This document shows, in pieces, positions 53,301 to 64,000 of a stretch of DNA of 64,000 nucleotides. Every line of letters begins with the position of its first letter. The stretch's first letter is position 1. The position numbers and the translations under genes were made by a program. This stretch comes from Catajapyx aquilonaris (taxonomy: Eukaryota). The stretch spans positions 124,001 through 188,000 of the forward strand of contig JYFJ02000141.1 of NCBI GenBank assembly GCA_000934665.2, given 5' to 3'. The notes beneath the pieces are model-generated. The model was not told the DNA's origin. It saw only the letters and a program-made list of their open reading frames with translations, and ran no database searches.

Positions 53301-56300
53301 TTTTTCGGGGAAGAAAATGACAGTAAATTATTCTCGAAGGAGGGCTTGAATTTGACGTACGTAAGAAGCAAGATCACTCAAATTTCGAGTAAAAAAACAA
53401 ATTGAGTCGAAAACATTATATAGAGCAAGGCTACATAGCCAGTGTTTATTACAACTTTATATATTGCAGCATGCTCCAACAAAGGCCGTTCTAAAATTAA
53501 CTCCATTGTCAGTATTTGAAAATAACGCGTTCAACACACGCAACGACACGACACCGCTTTGCTGTTATCTTTTCGATGACCCTTGTTGTCCCATCGCAGC
53601 TGTCAGAGTCAGCCGACACACAGTTTCACTGATGTTATACACTTTCCATTTGAATATCAAATTGACTTCTTTTTTCCATAAAACCTATAGATGAAATGCA
53701 AAATGACGTCCTTCCCAATATTAAAGTCGCGATTTATGTCGCTTTATTTGACAGCACTCATATGTACACTTTTGTGCTTGATGAATTGACTATTAGAAAC
53801 TGATTCAAACACAACCTTCATACAAAATGAATCCCATACTAAATATCTTTCCGGAATCCTAAAGGAGCTGATTTTACGAGCACTAATTTACTGGATGGTT
53901 ATTGCCCTGGTTGTTGACCTGTTGCCGTACCGGTTGATCGCTCATCAAAATATGATGAATTGGCCTCTTTTATATGTCAAGGTATTGAGAAAGGGTTTGG
54001 CTGGAGAAAATCGATTCACAAGTCCGCTCACTTTTTACTGGTCTCTCTAACTGCCAACTGTCATCAGCTTGACTTTCTTCCGGTGTCGTTTAATACGTAA
54101 TAGCACCTTTATAGAGCTAGAAAGTTTATTTATATCACGGGATCCCCAGGTTTATAGTGGTTAATGTGGTGGCCGGTTCATTATACTGGAAGGAAAATTA
54201 ATACTGTAAAGCTTTGTTTAATTCGAAGAGAGGGGGGGGGGGGACGCCCGAGATATTCCAATTATCCGACTTTCTAATTATGCAAACCGCACAACTTGCA
54301 AGGGCCTTACTTGCAGGGCAGAACAACTGGGGTTTTCCTCTGTTATACCGTAGTCTCTGGCTTGCCAAGTAAAGGACAGGGTATGCAGAATGTGAGTTTA
54401 ATCCTGCTGTGACGCAAAATACAATGCCAGTGGACGGTACAGAACATAACTTGTGGAATCAGGTGGCAATTTTCATGCTTTTAAATTTGCTCACTCATTC
54501 GGACCTGTCTAGTTCAATTGAAAAACATGCATCGTACACGTGTTGAAGTATGTGATAGCTTGTCAGTGCTGCTATAATGAGAGAATTTTTAGTAGATTTC
54601 AGTGGGAATAAATTCACCAACTGATAAATATTACGTCGCTGCAATTAACCATGAGGCCAAATAGAAAGGTGTCACATATGTGAGCTGGAGTACTTGATTG
54701 CGCGTTTTAAATTACGCCAACCATTTTTTACAGTAACAATTTTGTTCTAGCATGTCACACTTCACTTTCAAAGTTGCATCGCATTTCCTTCCTGTTAAGG
54801 ACTCACGTTAATAGCAGTTTCCGCGACTGCAGGGTGCCCTTATCCGTACTTCAATCAAGGTAACCGACTTCCATTTCTGTAATGAGATTCACAATACTAC
54901 ACAGAAAGAGGAGGAAAAAAAAACACACGAGAAGCGACTCTGGACTCTGGCGAAAGGTAAACTTCAACCACTCCATTAGGTAATGTAATTGGAGCCTTTC
55001 GCTTTCGCCATATACCAATAAGCCCCACGTTTGTACGACGAAGTATCAAGGTCTGGGTCTCAACATCAGCTGGGATTTAACAAAAAAAAAAGTTTTCGAT
55101 CGAAGTGGAGCTCTTATGAAATGACAATCGTTCCATTAAATGACAGAAGGCGTTCACACACACACGGAAGCAAAAACTGGCTCGTACACTATTGCGAATC
55201 TATCTAGATAGAAATATTCAGTGGTAGATATTTTTCTGCAATTTTAACACCTCTTTCCTGATAGATCTGTGAAGTTTGCATGAAAAGGGTAAGCTGTGTG
55301 TTAAGTTACGGAGGTTCATCGAAGGTCCAGCAACTAAATGCAAATGAGGAAACTATCATGGCCTAGCCCCAGGGTCTAATTCGGAAACGCAGAGTTGGAA
55401 GTCTGTGGTTTAAACCACTACATCAACGCCGCCTGCAATGCAATGCAGCTTTTGCGATTATATCTGAGCACAAAGTTACAAAGCTGATGGAAACACCACA
55501 CACTTGCATGTCACGTTCTTAAAATTATTTACTAATATTAGGCCTGCATTATATTACTTTACTAGAAAGGACTGAAGTAGAAGGCAAATCTACGAAGTGA
55601 TACTTCCTAAAATTACAGGTTTAGGAACCAACGGTGCTGAAACCGCATCTCGTGTGAGCTGACACCCAGATATATGTATGAAGAAGTTGTGCATGGGCGC
55701 ATGCTCGGCTTGAAATTTGAGGTTGACCAAGGTGGTCGTCCCATACCACGCCTGTGTATGTACAACTTTACTTTTTTTTACCATCCGTATTTTTGTTCCG
55801 TTGCGGAATCGCTGGATTTTTTTTTTTTACGGTTATGCCTGTGGTGCACCGTCTGTTCTTTATCACTTCCAGAGAGTAATTGAATCACGTGTTTCAAAAC
55901 CGCACGGGTCATAATTGCTGGCTTTAGGGCGTGGTAATAAAAAAATTCCACAAATTTAATCTTTCCTGATGCTCTCACTTTAATCAGTATACTTACTCCG
56001 AATTAGTAATTTGTAAAACTGGATCTTAATAGTAACATATCATGAACAATCTGGCTTATATTACTCGCTGAAACGTGAAGGAAAAAGCCGTATGCCGATA
56101 AAAATGATGGCATAATAATATTAAGCTAATGTTGATAGCCTAATATTTGGGGCCTTTGGCAGCAGCTATTTGTGTAACGTATTCCTTTTACATCACTAAA
56201 ATAGTTTCTGACGCTAATAGGTAATGACGTAAAAAACAGCTACATTTAACATTAATAATGCATTTTTTTCAGCTATGAAAGTTTTTAAAAACCGCACGAA

Positions 56301-59300
56301 CATAAAGGTGAGCCACAACAGTACAGTCCTCATACATTGTGGCATGCAACTTTAGTGATGAGAAAATAATCAATTTACGTAACCGCACCAGTAGTTACAA
56401 TCCGAGGATTATTTCATAAAAACCTGCCACAAAGTCAACAACATCCGAGATAAGTGGATTAATAACGCAGCCAACACAAAAATATTCTCATTCATTCGAT
56501 TTTTTCTTCTTCTTCAAAACATATTATCTGTTGATCACAGTTTAGCTCAGCCAACCGTAGCGGAAATCCTCTTTTTTTGACAATGTTTTAAGCACACACG
56601 GTTCTAAAAAAAAGAAACATCGCTGGTCCCTGTTTCATTCCCCAGCCCGCACAGGTAAACTCATTAGGCACATACGTTCATTAGCATATGTAATGACCTA
56701 ATCCAGCATCTTCACGCTCGCAGCTATTTCATGCTTAACTCGCATAACAGCTCTCTGCAGGATATCCGCCATTTTTTTTCTCCCCCTCTTCTCGAGAAGT
56801 TTACCTACATTTCTTAATATCCGGGGACGGAGCAAGAGGCGCGGTTAGTCCCGACTAATGACGATGATTAAGTTAAAATACACCCATATTCTTCACCTAA
56901 CAGGTCGTATCAGGTGCGCTGCCATCACCAAGGTTCCTTCAACGCTCCATCGGCACGCGAAGAAGAATAGAAACTTTTTTAGCAAAGTCGTGACGCACTC
57001 TACAGCTCTTGATGAGGTGAGTACTAAAAGTACTATAAATAGGACCCCTTTTTTCAAGTTGAAGGTACAAAAGGCTGCCAGGCGGTAGAGTGTGAAGTCA
57101 CGTTCGGGAAAGACTTTTGGATAGTCCCTTTTGCTTGACTTGTAGTTGGGAGACATCCAAAGCTGTCACTCTTTGCTGTAGGGAAGCAGACGGTACAAAA
57201 CGCGCTTTGATGACCTCCGCAGATGTGCGGGGTCGAGATAATTGAATAACGATAATGGACATAATCGTGTAGCCGCGATGGTAATTGCTATGCGGCGCGC
57301 CGTTTTGTTTCGGTTTCTGGTTCGAGTCAGGGAACTCATGGCGTCTATAGCTTGGAAAACAGCTATTCCGCTATGGTGGAGACTGTCTGATGTGAGGCTA
57401 TAAAATGTCCACTTTCTCCAAATCGTAACACAAATTCTATCAGTAAAACAAAATTGCATTTAAAAATGCGCACATTGACTGCGTGAGAAAAGTCGTATCA
57501 CATCAAACTGTACATAACAAGCCTATAGGACGTAATACTATAGTCGCCAACCCCATTCTCACCTGAAACTTCAGTGTCATCCTAATCCTTTCCAAGTTCG
57601 ATTTAGGTTTAGGTAAATTCGAAACTTGTTCGCAGCCAACTTCTAAGTTTCGGTAACCTTCGAAGTTGTGTAGAGTATACTGATGCTTACGATCTCAATG
57701 AGTGAGGCAGCACTAACGTAATTAAAACATAAACGCCGTGGACGACTTTGTGCCAGTTAGTACAGGGCAGTGAACCTTTATTGATAACATTACAGCTATA
57801 GATGTAACTTCATAGCCGTCCATTACAACCTAATTTAGTCTGGAGGGTTGTTTCGTCGTGATTCCCGACAAACCTGCATTTTCAGGCACTAATGAATCAT
57901 TATACTCCATGTAGAGGTGTCCTTTTCTCTGAACAGCCCAGATAATGAGGGCTCAAAAATCAGCTGTAAAAAATCTTTCCAGGTAAGCGTCCTCTGCACA
58001 CTATGAATTCCTGTATGAAATTTTAATATCTGCGATCTTGTTGGATATAACTGGCAGCGACGGAGACATTGTGTCATAGCATGTAAAATCGTCTGAATAT
58101 TTCTACTTGTCTTCAGAGACCAAGTGACACTTCTGATTAAAATTACTCCCAAGAAATCAACCTTATGTCAGAATCATTACGAAATGACATCTGACGCTTG
58201 TTCTCATCAGTGTTCAGTGCTACCTGCGTTCAACAAAATCTCAGCCTATATGCTTGATAAGTTTCGTCAAACCCCCCGTCATTTTTGTTCTACTCTTCAA
58301 TCAGTCTTCAGTCTTCCCTCCAGAACTTTGCACAGCAGAAAATGACATTTCGTAAATTGGGCTTCGTCTGGACGTGATGTACCAAGAGTCGCATCGTGAC
58401 GCGAATCAAAAGTGATCCCTCCCGCATCTGTATCCAAATCTTGACAAATTGCGTGCACAAAATCTTGTAACACACGGAAGGTCGCAGGTATCTGCATTGG
58501 ACATGGTCAAGATTTACAACCTCCCCAAAAAATATATCTAAAAAAATGAAGCTTCCAACATATACCCATCCCAAATTCTTGCCCGTCCTCAAACCTGACC
58601 GATCGAACCATCCGAAAGGCAGCAGGTCCATGTGTTTTCCGGGATACCACTCAAAGCGCGTCCCACGGAATTTATAGCCTTTCAAGGCAAGGTCTGGTAA
58701 TCCTTGCTCTCGCTTGCCTCTCAAGAGACTCAAAAAAACAACCTGCGATGCATCACTCTTGGTGCTATGTACTGATAAAAATTCCTGGAAGGTCACTACT
58801 TACTCGAGAGCTTAATTTCTACTGCTCAGGACATGTCCTTAGGTTCGTTTTCGGGTGTAACTCATTCCATGCAAGAAGGCAGGGGGTATTAGAATGTGCA
58901 AATTGCAACGTAACTTTGCTGGTATGTCTTGTGTACGATCTGACGTAATTGCAGACCTCCGAAGGAGGATTGGGGGTATAGTACCATTTAGTGCCTGCAT
59001 ATTGAGGCGCTTGGCATGGACTATTATTAACAGTGCTGCTTTAATATTGGCTCGTGTTTGTGTTTGGAGGCTGATTAATTTAAGCAAAATACTAGAGTTT
59101 TTGTCACAAGCCTTTATCAAGACAAGCGTTTAGACGCTAGAGGCCAATCTAATCCTGGTTTAGCAAAAACAATATGTACGAACGATTATACAAATTTGTC
59201 ACATATATCCAACTATTGAAAGGTAAAATATAATATCAATGATTATTCCGGATATTGCTAATACGAAATTTCAAATAGTGCACAATTTGGTCCAACAATT

Positions 59301-62197
59301 CATAGATTCTTGCACAGTGTAAGAATGACTATGTGCAGCAGGTTATGACTACTGTACTGTACGTATGTATCGGGATGATTGAGTTAGGTCACGCAACTGT
59401 TCGAACTTAGATGATGTTGATTACGAGGGGCCAAGGTTATCGCACACGCATTAAATCAATCACAATGATTGTAGGTTAATTGAGCACGCATGTTTCAATG
59501 CAAGTTATGCGTGCAAATCTTTGCAAACAGCTACGCCTTTGCTTGGGCAATGTGTACAGTAACATGCCCCCTCTGACTGCTTATTGAAGGATGTAGTGTT
59601 CTCACAGCTTTTTATGTGCAGTTTACGACCAATTAAAACATCGATTAGCATGTAACAGATGATTAATGGAACTTTTTTAGGAGAGGCCCGCAGGATGATT
59701 TTTACCATATAGGGTGGTATTCTCGCAAATAAAATTATTCCACCTTCATGCAAATACTTAACTGACACACAATAAATTCTACTCTTCAGCATCTTTCGAT
59801 CATTAGTTTAAATGTCAATTTGATTAAGCACAGAACGCCCCAGCCTGCGATGGAAGTGTCGTAGGCTAATTACTTCGATGTTCACGATCCATCTCTAGTG
59901 CCCAGGAGTTCGTCAAAAGTTAGTCTGAATCATAGTGTGGTATAGCCGTATAGGCCTATTCCTGTCGGTATTTGCCCCCTAGCTGCGACAGCAAGAGTGG
60001 TTTGAGGGGGCAATGTCAGAGAGACTAGCTGAGGGGCAAGAAATTCCCACAGCGTCTGAGCTACTCCCAAGGCCTGGAGCTTGTTGAAGACAATCTTTGA
60101 GGGATCACAAGAGGGGGTAGGGGGGGAGGCTTCCGAAAGTAAGTTTTCAAAATATTCCTGTTCTGATCTTGACGGCGAAGGCGAATGACGGAAATAGATC
60201 GGCTCTACCCAGGCACCTTGGCACACCCAATTGATTTTCTCAAATGGTGGGTGCCAGACAAATGGACAGCCTCTCTCTTCTCTAGCTCTCTCTCTCTCTC
60301 TATCTCTCAGGGATTTTCCACCTTGATCCCCAAGCCTTATTGATCATCAGGCTTTTCAAAAAACTTTCCCAAGATGTATTCAAAGGCCGGCTGATACAGG
60401 CCTCAGGGAGCTTCCTGAGGGCATTCATTTCAACTGGACTTAGGTTATATGGTCACGTAAGAGGAAAATCAAAGAAAGGGGATTCCACGTAAAATACACT
60501 TTTGATCGGTTTTACAAAATTGAGGACAATATTTATGTCTAATATTGATGGCTGTATGACAATATTTAAAAATGTTTAGTTTAGTTTATTTGTGTACGGT
60601 ACCCAGCTAGGCAGATTATATTAAAAAATGTAATGCACTAATAGCCCGAATAAATTAGAAATTTTTATTTTAAAAATTCAGACACATTTTGTACTGTTCA
60701 GGATAATGACTAAACAATCGAGTGAAGATATGGCAGCTAAAATTAATAACCAATAATCTCACCATCTTCCAAATACACTTTACGAACATAATTGTATGAT
60801 ATAATAGTAGTAAACGTTGCCTTTTACAACCAGTAAACCGTTTAGTGTGCATATAATTTACACCCATTCCCAAAAAATCAATCCCTGCAACACTACCCGA
60901 AATCCATAAATCCATGGCTATATTGGTCACTCCGCAAGCACCTCCCAATTGACTCCGTATGAATTATTATCCCCCCCCCCCCCCGCAAAACCCAGTGTTT
61001 CTCCACAGCTTTGTTTAGATTTAGTACTACTAACCATGTATCTCACCGGAATAATTAAGGGAGCGGGTAGGATCAAAGAGGGTTCTAGGGGGTAAAAATT
61101 GCGACTCGCAGGATCGATAGACTATAAAACTGGTTGGAGTCCGCTCTACTTCTATTCCCTTTTCCTTTAGGAGGCCCTTTAGGCACGAAAGCTACCCCCT
61201 TAATCAACGAGTTCGCCGGCCTTCAGTTGGTCCGGAAATGGAAATTGTTCCTGTACATTCCACGACCTCTCTGTTCGAAACGGGGAAGGAATGGCCTGGT
61301 ACAGATAAGACATTGCCACTACACACACAAAATCCGGGAACCACTTTTACTGCAGTAATCCCACGAGAAAACCTGGATTTTCGGAGTACGGATAAAAAAT
61401 AGAGACGACGCCTGATAAAATACTTAAATCTATTTTCCGCGAATCAATGATACCAGGTTGAATTGTAGACATTGTCGACACTTTCCTTTGAAAAGCTTCT
61501 GCCAAATCCCATGTGGGGATTCGGACCAACTTTAACCGGACTTCGAACTGGGCAAATCGACCTCATTCGTCACGACCCAAACCGCTTCCCACGCAATTTG
61601 GACACCCTTTATCCTCATCCTGGGGATATATGTACAATGGGTCTCGAGGCTTCTCTTTAGAATACCGCTGACTGTAATCGACCCGACGCCTGTTTTCCGT
61701 GAAACCGGTCTTCAAAGAAGGCCAGATATCGATACGAAGAAGGATGCTGGATTTATAGGTTTCATTTCGTTGCGGTTTGCGACGGACCGGAACATGCTAG
61801 AAAAATATGGGACTCCGGTTTCAATAATAATTGGTAAATATTTTTCCGGGTGTCGCCTCCATATTGGTTGTGGTGGCACTGAACAGGATATAGATTCAGA
61901 TTTCTCCCTTGATGGTGAGAAAATCATTTTCCTCTCTCGAGAGAACATTTTCTGTCATCTATAACATAGTACAGACACTGAGGTACAGTACATAGCTTTA
62001 ATCAGAAAGTACACTCTAAATGCACTTTGTCTTTGCTATTGGTTCCTGTACAGTGAACTGCACAGTATCGCATACATTTTGAACTGTCCCTATACTCCAA
62101 ACAGCGTTAGAAGCTTCACTAACTATACCAAATGACACCTGAACTTTAGGAAAGGCCATCAAAATACTGCTACAAGTTCGGTCTAGTCCCTGTGCAT

Positions 62198-62220
62198 TCA
62201 ATAGCTTTTTTGCACGCTAC
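62198..62220 (-). CDS. Terminal coding exon of candidate compact gene: (G)SVQKSY*
   Basis: In frame after the 58-nt intron. TGA at 62200-62198. An ATTAAA polyadenylation-like signal lies on the minus strand at 62002-61997. Confidence 0.45.
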
Positions 62221-62278
62221 CTAATATCAAAAGTCAGTGCTACAGTAAATCGACAGGTAATTTGCAAAATTTTAATAC

Positions 62279-62489
62279 CCTGCAACTTTACGGGAGTATT
62301 TTCTTCCTCCGGATCTGCACGCAACTCGACTTCATCCATCACTTCAGGGGTTCCCTTAAATCTTGTCCGTACATCTCCTGAGGGAACTCTCCCAACTAGA
62401 TTGTAGTCCTGTAAAGCCAAGGCATGGCAACGCATAACCTCAGAATTATATTCCTCCTCTGACGGCATTGCAGTATAATGATCGTCATC
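62279..62489 (-). CDS. Exon 2 of candidate compact gene: DDDHYTAMPSEEEYNSEVMRCHALALQDYNLVGRVPSGDVRTRFKGTPEVMDEVELRADPEEENTPVKLQ(G)
   Basis: 211-nt stop-free, acidic, protein-like frame between ttAG| and CAGG|gtatta. It is followed by a 58-nt intron (62278-62221) with CTGAC and ttttgatattAG. Confidence 0.55.
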
Positions 62490-62550
62490 CTAATTTTTCG
62501 GGACGCGAATAAGTGTCAGATGAACGGAACAAACCGGACGGGTTAATTAC

Positions 62551-62628
62551 TTTCTGGCTCAAATTATTCCTCTCCATGTGATCGTTATGACGACAATTTA
62601 TTATTCGCCCTCGACTCTTGAGTGGCAT
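62551..62628 (-). CDS. Exon 1 (coding part) of a candidate compact gene for a ~103-aa protein: MPLKSRGRIINCRHNDHMERNNLSQK
   Basis: CAAA-ATG start context at 62628. Donor AAA|gtaatt opens a 61-nt GT-AG intron (62550-62490) with branch-like CTGAC. The frame is also open back to an AG at 62661-62660, so the protein may start further upstream. Confidence 0.45.
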
Positions 62629-64000
62629 TTTGTCACAATCGATGGCAGCCCTGCCGATCCTATAGTTTCCAATCGGAGCTTAGCATAATGGCCGGTTTTA
62701 AATTTATTGCTCAGAAATTTAAATTGGCCGCATGAACTACAAGTACTATCCGCATAACTCCAGGCCTTAACCTTTTTCTGTAACAAACTTGCAATTATAA
62801 GCCAGAAGCTACACGTACTTTGTGATAAAGTCGCACTACATTGCGGTCCAAAGTCGAAGAAACTGAAAGTTTGAAAGCCGTCGGGGGCTATCTCAACGCC
62901 CCTCTGGTGATTCAATAAGGAAGCTGACTGATGCCATCTTGACTTTTTCCCCCTTCATTTTAAAAATAAAATGGATGCCCCAATTTGGTACATTTGCTAA
63001 CATTTCCCCCCCTTCCAAAATTGATCAGCCTTTTATCCGGCTAGTTTTTTGCTCCGACTTCGGGGATCATTATCCGTAAATCCGGACTCTGGCCCGTCGC
63101 CATTAAAACACCAGGCTGTGGTCTTAAAATCGCGGCACTTAAGTACGCCTCTTTGGACAAAATGAATCGCTTCGGAAGGAGGAAGGTTATACCATCCCCC
63201 CCAAAAACATCAGTGGCAGCGGCGCACTTTGACGCTCATTTCCAAGTCAGATCAGTTTCCGTTCGGTCCTTGGCCGTCCCCACTTTCTCCGGAAAACCAT
63301 CCGGATTCCCAAGTGTCTTGAAGTGGGGGGGGAAAGGCGAAGGAAAAAAAAAAGTCAGTTGGCAGTTTGGTGAAATTGTAATGTGTTTCGAAGCGGTGGA
63401 ATTCTGGGTTTGAACTCTGTAGATTCGCGGGGGAGATATTTAATATTTAATTTCAATAACAGAAGGTTCTATCTCCTGCCAAAATGTTTGTCGTGTGTAC
63501 TTTCATTAGCGGTGGCGGTACAGGAAGTATGGCCTTCATGGATTTTTTTCATATCAGAGTGAATGACCTTAACCCAGACTTTGGCTGGTTCTGTGCATGG
63601 AAATTTTATTAACTTTTGCTGCCCGTGAGTCTATGATATTTGGTGAACCGGATTGGGTTGGAACATTTTTTCTGCTATTCGATAGCCAGGGTTGTAAGCA
63701 TTTTAGCGCACATACTGTATTGGATCATTAATAACAGATTAGCTGATGTGGTCAACTATGATTGTTTAATTGGCAACTATTGAAACGGTTCAATTGTTAA
63801 TAATTGTGTAATTAACCATTATTTCAATGAGTAATTGAAGTCTGCAGCAGTACTGCAATAATATCTGCAGTTATAGTACATAGCAGAGGTGAAACTTTAG
63901 ATGTAGCCTACAGTGTTGGATATTATTCGAGTCATACTGCTATAGCGACATTTTCCGAAGCGGCAGAAGAACAAATCTTGCTCGCACGGCTTGCAATATC

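Noticed and set aside
58297..58796. 162-aa and overlapping 66-aa minus-strand ORFs
   Set aside because: Non-ATG starts, no recognisable domain and no convincing splice structure.

Overview
Eukaryotic, gene-sparse, mostly intronic animal DNA, most likely from an arthropod. The grounds are no obvious CpG depletion, GT-AG introns from ~60 nt to several kb, CAAA-ATG start contexts, a tRNA-derived SINE of insect type and a short (TTAGG)n tract. Almost all entries in the ORF track are chance ORFs; I see no prokaryotic genes, rRNA, true tRNA or CRISPR array. Main content: (1) The 5' part of a large minus-strand protein-coding gene. Four exons (40407-40090, 33524-33407, 26890-26782, 24263-24191) have consensus splice sites and join in phase into an open, low-complexity 206-aa N-terminal segment. 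A fifth phase-0 exon (16493-16356) is probably an alternative first exon. I could not find the downstream exons, which probably lie beyond position 1, and I cannot name the gene with confidence. (2) A possible compact three-exon minus-strand gene of ~103 aa at 62628-62198. (3) A 1.28-kb foldback non-autonomous DNA transposon with ~560-bp arms built from ~290-bp sub-repeats, TAG...CTA ends and an apparent TTG target-site duplication. (4) A full-length tRNA-derived SINE with a perfect 13-bp TSD. (5) Mini- and microsatellites and several candidate cis-regulatory motif clusters. I found nothing that proves a new biological system. The best leads are the foldback element inside an intron, the single in-frame TGA in the large gene's first coding exon, and the small orphan-like gene.
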